Positions 18,140 through 25,996 of a stretch of 32,000 nucleotides of DNA are shown one piece after another. The position numbers were made by a program, and so were the translations under genes. A model generated the notes under the pieces. That model was not told where the DNA came from and searched no databases. It was given only the letters and a program-made list of their open reading frames with translations. Source of the DNA: Dubosiella newyorkensis (lineage in GTDB: Bacteria > Bacillota_I > Bacilli_A > Erysipelotrichales > Erysipelotrichaceae). The stretch spans positions 30,001-62,000 of the forward strand of contig NZ_MPKA01000021.1 of the NCBI RefSeq assembly GCF_001945605.1, written 5' to 3'. Every line of letters starts with the position of its first letter. Within the stretch, counting starts at the first letter, position 1.

Positions 18140-18422
18140 GGAAAGCATTCTCCATGATCGTTTCATTTTCCTCGTAAGCAAGGGCTGTCTGGCTTAAATA
18201 ATTCGCGTGATTTTCGATTGTCTGCACATAGGTGTCAAACACTGGATGCAGTCTAGAAAACTCTTCCATCAATCTTGAGGAAGCCGGCGAAGTCCAAAAC
18301 GATTGAACGTCGTGCATTTTAGCTTCGATTGAGAGAAAGATCGCGTTCATCTCTTGTTCCATATTTTTGAGCTGGGCTGCGTATTGTTGTAGATCGGCCG
18401 CGCTGATTTTTAATTGTGACAT
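18132..18422 (-). CDS. WXG100-like small helical protein (W-T-S variant)
   Basis: 96 aa with a predicted helix-turn-helix. The central SFWTSPAS occupies the WXG position. Same length as, and adjacent to, the canonical WXG100 gene. Confidence 0.7.
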   Translation of the reverse strand: MSQLKISAADLQQYAAQLKNMEQEMNAIFLSIEAKMHDVQSFWTSPASSRLMEEFSRLHPVFDTYVQTIENHANYLSQTALAYEENETIMENAFHA

Positions 18423-18437
18423 CGTTTTCTTTCCTTT

Positions 18438-18728
18438 CTACAGATTCCTTGCTTGAGCAAGACGATTTTGTTGGAGCTGTTCATAACTCGAAGCGCATGT
18501 CTTCAACACATCGCTATAAGACTGTATAACGTAGACTAACTTTTTTAGCTCTGGCTGAAGCGCTTGAACGTGTTCAATAAAAGCATCGTTGTCGCTTCCC
18601 GACCATATAGAAGAGGTTGAAAGCATGTGCTGATTGATCCTTTGGATCATAGATTCGTACTCCAAAGCTTGGCTCGCTAAGCTTTGGCCCGCTTGATGAA
18701 GTTCTTGATAGTTGACTTTGATATTCAT
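18438..18728 (-). CDS. esxA: WXG100-family protein (EsxA-like)
   Basis: 96 aa. Central SIWSGSDNDAF contains W-S-G. The N-terminal VNYQELHQAG and C-terminal YEQLQQNRLAQARNL are typical of WXG100 helical hairpins. GAAAGGG SD. Confidence 0.8.
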   Translation of the reverse strand: MNIKVNYQELHQAGQSLASQALEYESMIQRINQHMLSTSSIWSGSDNDAFIEHVQALQPELKKLVYVIQSYSDVLKTCASSYEQLQQNRLAQARNL

Positions 18729-18737
18729 AGTACCCTT

Positions 18738-18959
18738 TCAATAGACGATCAAATGATCGCCATGCTGCACGACTTCTTCATGAAATGAAGAATACAAGAT
18801 TTGAGTCGTCTCTAAAACGACTACATTTTTAAAAACCGATGTCTCATAGAGACGATTCCATTCAAGAAGAAAGTGCTGGATCTTTAGCTTTGGATCGATC
18901 AAAACAAGCTGATATTCTTGTTCATAGACGCACTTGATCCACACATAGAGCTCATTCAT
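18738..18959 (-). CDS. YukD/EsaB-like ubiquitin-fold protein
   Basis: 73 aa, in the position directly adjacent to essC. The C-terminal HGDHLIVY resembles the GDxLxI(L) terminus of YukD/EsaB. The start overlaps the essC-like stop (ATGAATGA). Confidence 0.6.
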   Translation of the reverse strand: MNELYVWIKCVYEQEYQLVLIDPKLKIQHFLLEWNRLYETSVFKNVVVLETTQILYSSFHEEVVQHGDHLIVY

Positions 18960-21900
18960 AAATATGAAGACATGCTCCGCAATCGATCGACTCCTCTTGA
19001 AACAAGATCATTTCATACGGTTCTAAGATCGATCGCTTATGAAATGTATACGCATAGTCATTGAAGCCAGCTCCAAACCAAGCTAGATCCATGTTTTCGA
19101 CCAATTTCGTATCCAAAAGCGTTCCCTCTTGGATCTGGATGATCGAAACGTCCGCCCTTTCATCGATTCTGCCAACACAAATGTCCAGGACCGGATCTTG
19201 AGCGCGCCAGATCTGCATCAAATAGAACAGATCCTCTTCTTTTTTTGCTTGAGCATAGGCGATCAAGAGCGGTCGCTTACGCTGCCATACGAGAGGAAGA
19301 CAATCGCTTCCATAGCCCAGCACGTAGCTGGAGAAATAGTTCTTCGCCTGGGAAAGCGTAAACATTTGATCGATTTGAGGATACGGCGCGGCAAGGCTGT
19401 TTTGGTTTTCAGCTTGGCTCCAGATCCCGCTGCAGATCGTCTGTTTATACGCTAGATTCATCATTGGAAACTCCTTTCTAGAGATCTTATAGGTTTGCAT
19501 GAAGGCGCGAGCGTGATCGATATCATAAAACGAGGACAAGATCCGGTATGTGAACAATCGATAAAGCTCTTCGTTTCGCGCTTCGTACGAGGAAGTCAAG
19601 CAATATATTTTTAAGAACGGAATATTAACGATTCGTTCTACGTCTTTTGTGCCAAATACGACCAGCGTGGCTCGTTTCTTCTCCTTGAGCAAAAAATAGA
19701 GCGATTTCCATTCAAAGTTTTTGTGCAGGATATAGACATCTGTTTCATGTGCGCAAATCGAATCGACGATCTTTTCTTGCGCTTCATGACATAAAATCAG
19801 AGCCGATTGTCCATAGGTCAGCTTCGCTTCATAGACTTTTTTTTGCTTCGGCCAATCCAATAGCCAAAGCGAAGAAAAGGAACATTCGCCTAACATCGGC
19901 ATTACGATCGATATAGAGTCTTCTTGGCGCGCCTCGACTTTCTTTCTGACCCAGTTAAGAAGGCTTTCTTGTTTGAGGTCTTGATTTACGTAGCGGATCG
20001 AATCGAGACAAGACGAAGATGAATGGATATAAAAACTTCTTCCTTTCACTTCCTTGTCCCGACTTCCTTCTTGAAGAATAAATTCTCCGGCACGATTTAA
20101 ACGACTCGCCCCCTCATGCATGAGCATTTCCCGGGAGTCGGCTGCTGTGTGTACTTTTAAACAGATCCGATATTTAGAATTGCTCACGATTTGTTCATCC
20201 ACGATCCCAGCTGGCTTTTGCGTCGCCAGGATCAAATGGATCCCTAAGGAACGGCCAATGCGAGCAAATTCCTTCAAATCGCTCATCGCATCGGGGAAAC
20301 GAGATTTTAATTGAGCGAACTCATCGACTACGATCCATAAATGGGCCATTTTATTTCCTTGTTCTCGATACGCATGAATATTGGCCGGCTTCCCGCTCTC
20401 TTCTTGAAAACGTGCCAACGCGACTTGCCTTTCCTCGATCTCTGCTTGCAAGGAAAGTAGAAAGCGTTCCATCCCCTCTGTCTCAAGATTGGTGATCTTT
20501 CCAGCGCAATGCGGAAATCCATAAAAAGCCTGACCGAAAGCGCCTCCCTTGAAATCGATCAAAATATATTGGAAATCCAAGGAAGAATACGTGTAGGTAC
20601 CAAAAAGAAGGAGGCTGGAGATGAATTCAGATTTTCCCGAACCGGTGGTTCCCGCGATCAATAGATGCCCTTCCTGCAGATCGATCCAAATAAGTTTTCC
20701 TTTTTCAAGACCAACCGGAAACGAGTATGAACGGTTGGAAGAGCGAATATAGGCGTCTTTGATCGAGTCGTTCAACGGCAGAACGTCTCTAGCGTGTGTT
20801 TTTTTTTGAAGGAAGAAAGGTCTAGAGATGATGGAATCAAAAGGAAACTCGCTCTTTTTTAAAGAACAATACAGAAGGGTCCAATGTTCTTCTTGACAAA
20901 ATCGTTCATCGAGAAGCGCTTCATCACTAGTCACGATCCAATACGATTCTGTTTTGGATAAAAGGATAGTCGCTTGTTCATAAGATCGTATCGAAAGATA
21001 ACCCTCCTCGATGCAGAAGGAATCTAAAACCGAATAGGCAGGTTCTCTTTCTAAAAACACCCATTTGCTCGTCCGATTCGAAAGCGTGGAAAGATGATCG
21101 AACAAAGGCTCGATTTTTTCGCATTGGATCCAGACGCTTTGGCCTTTTTGAATTTCGCGAAAGATCGGAAGCTTCAAGTCAAGCTGGAGCAGCTGTTCTT
21201 TAGCATACGAGTACAACGGATCGTTTCGAGTTTGATAATTGACCTTCGGAAGACTTGGAAGAGAAAGAGGGATCCATTCAATTTGGATCGGGATCGTTTC
21301 TTGTTCAAGAGGATAGAGAGATAATTCTTCTTTAAAAGAATCGAAAGATTGTATGTATTGATGGAACGCTTTTTGGATTTCTTGGATCCTTTCTTCGATA
21401 TAGTTCTGGTACATCGTATTACGATGTTCTTCTTGTTGTTTTCGCTTCCGTTTTTGAAGGCGGACGTTGAAGAATCCAAGGCTCAAAAAGGAAAATGACA
21501 TGAGAAGTGTCGTGATCGACGAAAGAAGGATCGATGTGATCGTTTGTTTTTGAGCGAACACTTGGATCAAGATAGAGATCGTTGTCGAGAGAAAGATCAT
21601 GATTGAAGGCGCGATCGATTGGATCAGGGAAATCGATTCAGACTCTATCTTTTGAAGAAAAGCTTCAAGAGGAGAAAAAGAAGGAAGTACAGGAGGCGAG
21701 ATCGTCTGCTTCATAGGGATCGATTGAATCGTCAATGTGGAGAAAAGCTCTTTGGGATCCTTGAAAGAAAGATCGCTGATCAAAAATTTTGGATAATAAA
21801 AGATTGTGTGGATCGCAAAACAAATTTGATCGCCTTCATGAAGAGGTACGTTATGAACCACTCGTTTGCCATTGACATACGTTCCGTTTTTAGAATAATC

Positions 21901-22131
21901 GTAAAGAATTCCATTTTCGATCGTGAAATGGAGCAACGAGATCGTAGGATCGAGTTCGCAAAAGCTTTCTCGACCAATTTCGATTCGGTGTTCGAAAGCG
22001 CACAGAAAGAAAGATTCTACTTTTTTTTGATAGGAATAAGTGGTCGGTTCGGGTAGTTTTGTTTTTGATTTAGTATGGGTGCGATAGTATACCGTATGAA
22101 TGTCGTTGTTTATTTGCCCCAATTTATCCAT
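18952..22131 (-). CDS. essC: EssC-like FtsK/SpoIIIE-family T7SS ATPase, short form (one FHA, two TM, one intact P-loop)
   Basis: 1059 aa. N-terminal FHA (IEIGRES..ISLLHF..SKNGTYVNGKRV). Two TM helices (SIAPSIMIFLSTTISILIQVF, ILLSSITTLLMSFSFLSLGFF). Walker A LLIAGTTGSGKSEF and Walker B HLWIVVDEFAQL, with an IHLILATQKP block. There is no second or third Walker A. Confidence 0.85.
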   Translation of the reverse strand: MDKLGQINNDIHTVYYRTHTKSKTKLPEPTTYSYQKKVESFFLCAFEHRIEIGRESFCELDPTISLLHFTIENGILYDYSKNGTYVNGKRVVHNVPLHEGDQICFAIHTIFYYPKFLISDLSFKDPKELFSTLTIQSIPMKQTISPPVLPSFSPLEAFLQKIESESISLIQSIAPSIMIFLSTTISILIQVFAQKQTITSILLSSITTLLMSFSFLSLGFFNVRLQKRKRKQQEEHRNTMYQNYIEERIQEIQKAFHQYIQSFDSFKEELSLYPLEQETIPIQIEWIPLSLPSLPKVNYQTRNDPLYSYAKEQLLQLDLKLPIFREIQKGQSVWIQCEKIEPLFDHLSTLSNRTSKWVFLEREPAYSVLDSFCIEEGYLSIRSYEQATILLSKTESYWIVTSDEALLDERFCQEEHWTLLYCSLKKSEFPFDSIISRPFFLQKKTHARDVLPLNDSIKDAYIRSSNRSYSFPVGLEKGKLIWIDLQEGHLLIAGTTGSGKSEFISSLLLFGTYTYSSLDFQYILIDFKGGAFGQAFYGFPHCAGKITNLETEGMERFLLSLQAEIEERQVALARFQEESGKPANIHAYREQGNKMAHLWIVVDEFAQLKSRFPDAMSDLKEFARIGRSLGIHLILATQKPAGIVDEQIVSNSKYRICLKVHTAADSREMLMHEGASRLNRAGEFILQEGSRDKEVKGRSFYIHSSSSCLDSIRYVNQDLKQESLLNWVRKKVEARQEDSISIVMPMLGECSFSSLWLLDWPKQKKVYEAKLTYGQSALILCHEAQEKIVDSICAHETDVYILHKNFEWKSLYFLLKEKKRATLVVFGTKDVERIVNIPFLKIYCLTSSYEARNEELYRLFTYRILSSFYDIDHARAFMQTYKISRKEFPMMNLAYKQTICSGIWSQAENQNSLAAPYPQIDQMFTLSQAKNYFSSYVLGYGSDCLPLVWQRKRPLLIAYAQAKKEEDLFYLMQIWRAQDPVLDICVGRIDERADVSIIQIQEGTLLDTKLVENMDLAWFGAGFNDYAYTFHKRSILEPYEMILFQEESIDCGACLHIYE

Positions 22132-23537
22132 GTTCTAAACCAAGTGAAGAATGATTCGAAGGCGGCTTGCACTTGTTCCTTCCAAGTTGGTTTTCTTAGA
22201 ATCAAGTTTTTCGAAACCACTTCTGTCGTTTTGTCATCATCATAGGTGACTTTGATCGTATTTTTAGCTTTCTTTGCCTTCACTTCAATATAAGGCGAGT
22301 TTATCGTGTCATATTGAATGTCCTCCTTTTGAATCACTTGATCGTTCCACTTCACGTTTTTGATTTCCTTCCCTTCTTTATAAGGTAAACGGACGCGGAG
22401 AGTCTTAGCCCCGTCTCCATCCTCGATCCGCTCCATTTTTTGATCAAAAAATAGAATCTCTTGTTTCGGTTCTGTTTTGTTCGGGATCTCTAGGAGCTTT
22501 TGAGGAATTTTGGGTTTTTGAACAGACGGGGGAGTCAAAACAAGGGGTGCAATCTTCGGTTTTTCGATCGAATCCTCTTTTACGATGGGCAGATATTCGG
22601 ATTGTGGTGTTTCTTGCACGATTGGTTCTGGAATCGTTGGACGTTGTTCAAGAGGAAGAATGAATAGCCGTTGAGAAGATGTCCAAGTATTTCCATCCAT
22701 ATCGATCATTTCTATTTGTATATCGAATTCCTGGGATTCTGTCGTTGCTGGCAATGGAATCGAGAGCATATCCGAATACACTCGCTCATTGATTTTTACT
22801 TGAAAAGATTGAGGTGTTTGGCTTGTTTGAACGAATAATCGATCGTTTTCCCAATCGATGCTCGCATCCAGAGGGATAGGATCATAGCTGAGATTGATCC
22901 ACTCGACTTCTTCAAGCAAATGCTTGGAGCGCAGTGTAAAAGAATTGATTCCATTTTCAAGCGTGGTCGTTTCCTCTTTGATCGGGTTTCCATTCTTCAA
23001 GATTTCAAGATCCTCTTGCTGCGTGATCGATATATTGTTTCCAGTCTGTTCATAGTCCGGAAAAATGAGAGGCCTGATCTCGAGAATCTTACTGCTTTCA
23101 TTCCCGGCTTGATCTTTCAAATGCCATCGGACTGTTTTCATTTCTGGCTCGACGATCAATTCGTCGTTTTCATAAAGCACATCGTCGATATAGATCGCAC
23201 ACTCTTTCAGATCCGTATCTAAGATCGAATATGGAAGCGAAGTAGAACGATTTATATAAAGATAATCTTGGACGGGTAAAATAAGTTGAGGAGCCGATCG
23301 ATCGCCAGTGATCGTTTGCACACCTTGTTCAAGGAGCTGATCTTGTTTGTCTTTGAGTAAAAATTCGAGTTCGAATGTTTGTGAAAGATGGATATCGATC
23401 CAATCTTGATCCCATTCTTTTCCATTGATCAAGATTTGACTTTTTTCGCGATCGACTTTTTCATGAAATTTTAGATCGATCCTTTCTTCACTCGTTTCGA
23501 CTTCAATATACGTTGGTGGTGGAAGTGTTGGTTGCAT
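22110..23537 (-). CDS. Hypothetical beta-rich protein with Pro-rich linker and Trp-rich C-terminal amphipathic helix
   Basis: I trimmed the ORF to the ATG at 23537 (AAGGAGGT SD 6 nt upstream), giving 475 aa. No signal peptide or TM segment. Pro/Lys/Glu linker (PLEQRPTIPEPIVQETPQ...KPKIAPLVLTPPSVQKPKIPQK). The C-terminus is WKEQVQAAFESFFTWFRTWINWGK. No family recognised. Confidence 0.6.
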   Translation of the reverse strand: MQPTLPPPTYIEVETSEERIDLKFHEKVDREKSQILINGKEWDQDWIDIHLSQTFELEFLLKDKQDQLLEQGVQTITGDRSAPQLILPVQDYLYINRSTSLPYSILDTDLKECAIYIDDVLYENDELIVEPEMKTVRWHLKDQAGNESSKILEIRPLIFPDYEQTGNNISITQQEDLEILKNGNPIKEETTTLENGINSFTLRSKHLLEEVEWINLSYDPIPLDASIDWENDRLFVQTSQTPQSFQVKINERVYSDMLSIPLPATTESQEFDIQIEMIDMDGNTWTSSQRLFILPLEQRPTIPEPIVQETPQSEYLPIVKEDSIEKPKIAPLVLTPPSVQKPKIPQKLLEIPNKTEPKQEILFFDQKMERIEDGDGAKTLRVRLPYKEGKEIKNVKWNDQVIQKEDIQYDTINSPYIEVKAKKAKNTIKVTYDDDKTTEVVSKNLILRKPTWKEQVQAAFESFFTWFRTWINWGK

Positions 23538-23548
23538 AATTACCTCCT

Positions 23549-24787
23549 TCATGCAAATTCGGATGTAAAGAGCTGGAGCTGATCGCAAAGATCGATCAAT
23601 TCTCGCCCTTCTTCATCCATCGTTTGGATTCTATCAAATGCGTCTGGTAGATACGTTTCTTTTTCCATGCTCGCGTACAATAAGATCAATTGAATATATC
23701 GCTTGATTGCTCGATCATGGACCTCTATTTTTTGGGCAAGTTCTTTTTGTTGATCGATTGATAAAACGATTTGATGTTCGATGCATATTTCGATCAAACG
23801 AATGAGATCATCTTCTTGCCCGAGCTCTTTTAAAAGAAGAAAGAGTTCACTGGGTTCGAAATCTTCATCTTTCCCTGCCTGCCATTTTAAAAATAAGACG
23901 TTTTGGGCATCGATCGAATGGGTGTCGATTTTTTCCAACCAATATCGGCAAAGGAGCGGATCTTTTGTACGGATCACTTCGTTTGTGAAATAGTTTTGTT
24001 CTTTTTCTTCAAGAAGGGATCGTTCGAGCTTTCCTTCTTCGATCCAGTGATAGAGCGGACGTCCTTGAGCGATATATTGATCAATCAAATTCCGCGGCTG
24101 AAATTGGCACAGTCCAAAAAACAAGACAGACAGAAGAAGGAACAGTGCCAAGATCTTTATTTTATTTCGACGTTGTTTATAACGCTTGCGGATCGCGTTG
24201 GTGCTCGTAAACTGCTTTTTGATCCAGGATCGTTGAACGATTTGATAAAAAAGCGGGCTAGCATAGGCTAGATCGTCTTTTATCGACTTTAAAGCCTTCG
24301 ATTGGGAGGGAAGTTCTTGAGAGAAAACATAAATGGAAGAAGTTTTGGAAGGAATACAGCCATTGAAATCGATCAGTACAGGACTTCCATTCAAAACGAG
24401 TACATTGGAGGGTTTCCAATCGATATATAAGTACCCTGTTTGATGGAACGAATCGATCGCATCGAGCAATTCTAAAAGAAATCGGATCCGCGTTTTATAG
24501 GCTGGATTTTTTTCGAGCCACGTTTCGAGCGACTGGCCTTCGATCTTTTCTTCAATGATCGCAAGTGTGTTTTGTTCTTCGATCACATCGATCAAATGCG
24601 GATAATAGACACCTCTAAGTCTCGACAAGATTTCGATCTCCTGCAAATATTGATGCCTTAAGACAGGATCTTCTGTTTTGAGCATCGTTTTTTTTATCAA
24701 TTCATTGCCTGTTTTTTCATCTTCTACGATCTCGACTTTTGAAAAATTCGTAAAGCAAACGATTTCTTTCGTTTTATAGCGGTTCAT
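23549..24787 (-). CDS. EssB-position single-pass membrane protein with N-terminal protein-kinase-like domain
   Basis: About 412 aa from the ATG at 24787; a TTG at 24811 is an alternative start. Kinase-like strings are IIEEKIEGQSLETWL, YLYIDWKPSNVLV and VLIDFNGC. One TM (ILALFLLLSVLFFGLCQF) lies near residue 220, followed by a helical C-terminal domain. This is the EssB/YukC topology. Confidence 0.65.
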   Translation of the reverse strand: MNRYKTKEIVCFTNFSKVEIVEDEKTGNELIKKTMLKTEDPVLRHQYLQEIEILSRLRGVYYPHLIDVIEEQNTLAIIEEKIEGQSLETWLEKNPAYKTRIRFLLELLDAIDSFHQTGYLYIDWKPSNVLVLNGSPVLIDFNGCIPSKTSSIYVFSQELPSQSKALKSIKDDLAYASPLFYQIVQRSWIKKQFTSTNAIRKRYKQRRNKIKILALFLLLSVLFFGLCQFQPRNLIDQYIAQGRPLYHWIEEGKLERSLLEEKEQNYFTNEVIRTKDPLLCRYWLEKIDTHSIDAQNVLFLKWQAGKDEDFEPSELFLLLKELGQEDDLIRLIEICIEHQIVLSIDQQKELAQKIEVHDRAIKRYIQLILLYASMEKETYLPDAFDRIQTMDEEGRELIDLCDQLQLFTSEFA

Positions 24788-25742
24788 GAAATTCAAGCTG
24801 CTTGTTCCCAAAGACGATCTTCATTCCATTCTTTAAGCGCATCTTACGGATAACGCGCTTCTCGCCAAGAAACGTTCCATTCGCGGACTTGAGATCTTGA
24901 AGATAATACCGTTCGTTGGTTTTCGTGATCTTAGCGTGTTTTAATGAGACGCTCGCTTCTTGTAGGCGTATTTCACAGCTCATCGCTCTACCCACTATCA
25001 TTTGTTCGAACATTAATTCGTATCGATCTTGGCCATCATACAAATATGCGCTTGTCTCTTGTTGAGGATGAAAAAGGATTTGAGTATGTTCGAATTCTGG
25101 TGTTCTAGCTTCTTCTTCTATAAATTCGATCGCTCGAGAACAATACGTTCCAATTTCTTCGCGAGCGATAAAACCGCTTTCACGCTTTTGAAGGTGATAC
25201 CACTTCTTTGGAAAGTATTTTTTTTGAAGCATCTTCAAGCCAATGATCACATTGGGGATGGAAAATTCTTTTTGGCGCAGGCTTTGATATAAATAGCCGC
25301 TAATTTCATAGGCGCTGTTCGTTCGATAGCGTCTTGCAAGATCTTGGATGAATTCTTTGCATTCATCATGGCGGTACATCCAGCAGTCGAGCTGCAAAGG
25401 CAAAACGATAAATCCAAACTCTGTACCCTTTGAAGACACATAGATCGATTCTGTATCGAGAAGAACAGGCTTGTTCCGATTGACATTGATCGCTCTTTCT
25501 AATAGATCGATCAAAAAACAATAGCCTTCCTCTTCTTGAAAAATATATTGCTCCAAAAAATAAGAGAGCGGAACCAAATTTTGAAAAGAATAAGAGAGAA
25601 TATTGGCCTCTAGGTTCGCCTCGATGCAATAGGCATCGGATCGGATCTTCTCAAGGATCGATGGATCGATCATTTCTTTTTGTTTGAGATGAATATAAAG
25701 TGTTTGATCGCGTTCAATTTTTTTGAGAATTTGTTCTTTCAT
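24774..25742 (-). CDS. FHA-domain protein with N-terminal domain of unknown function (first gene of the operon)
   Basis: 322 aa. C-terminal FHA with the canonical triad (MIVGRAMS, SVSLKHA, SANGTFLGEKRV). The N-terminal ~230 aa are unassigned. AAGGGG SD. Confidence 0.8.
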   Translation of the reverse strand: MKEQILKKIERDQTLYIHLKQKEMIDPSILEKIRSDAYCIEANLEANILSYSFQNLVPLSYFLEQYIFQEEEGYCFLIDLLERAINVNRNKPVLLDTESIYVSSKGTEFGFIVLPLQLDCWMYRHDECKEFIQDLARRYRTNSAYEISGYLYQSLRQKEFSIPNVIIGLKMLQKKYFPKKWYHLQKRESGFIAREEIGTYCSRAIEFIEEEARTPEFEHTQILFHPQQETSAYLYDGQDRYELMFEQMIVGRAMSCEIRLQEASVSLKHAKITKTNERYYLQDLKSANGTFLGEKRVIRKMRLKNGMKIVFGNKQLEFHEPL

Positions 25743-25996
25743 AACGTCCCCTTTCTATGTGCCTCTTATTAAATACGACAAAAATTCAAAAAATGGTCCC
25801 AATTTCTAAAATTTTTTTATTTTTTTGTCTTATGCATACGTACCTATTTATTAATCTATATCTTATATGTTATTAAAATATATTTTTTTCATATAATGTA
25901 TAGACAAATAAAAAGAATTCGTATATTATGAAGACGTAAAAAATGTATACCCTTTCAACTAGGATCCATTGGAAGGAAAGAATAAGGAGAGAATTT

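Noticed and set aside
18952-22131. FtsK/SpoIIIE ATPase as a conjugative DNA translocase or ICE coupling protein
   Set aside because: The window has no relaxase, integrase, replication or other transfer genes. The N-terminal FHA plus two TM helices is the EssC layout, and the flanking WXG100, YukD-like, EssB-like and DUF4176 genes point to T7SS.
14879-24787. Kinase-like protein plus PP2C as the housekeeping PrkC/PrpC (Stk1/Stp1) pair
   Set aside because: They are not adjacent or co-transcribed. The kinase-like protein has no PASTA repeats and has EssB topology. The PP2C is the PP2C_2 type with a coiled-coil tail rather than a compact PrpC.
25943-25965. cre-like sequence TGTATACCCTTTCA upstream of the PTS EIIC gene
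   Set aside because: It has two mismatches at constrained positions of the cre consensus (the A at position 5 and the central CG), which is too weak to call.
25743-25996. Promoter calls for the T7SS-like operon and the divergent PTS operon
   Set aside because: The AT-rich 250-bp divergent region has many TATAAT-like hexamers, but I could not pair any with a convincing -35 at 16-18 nt spacing. No specific promoter is reported.
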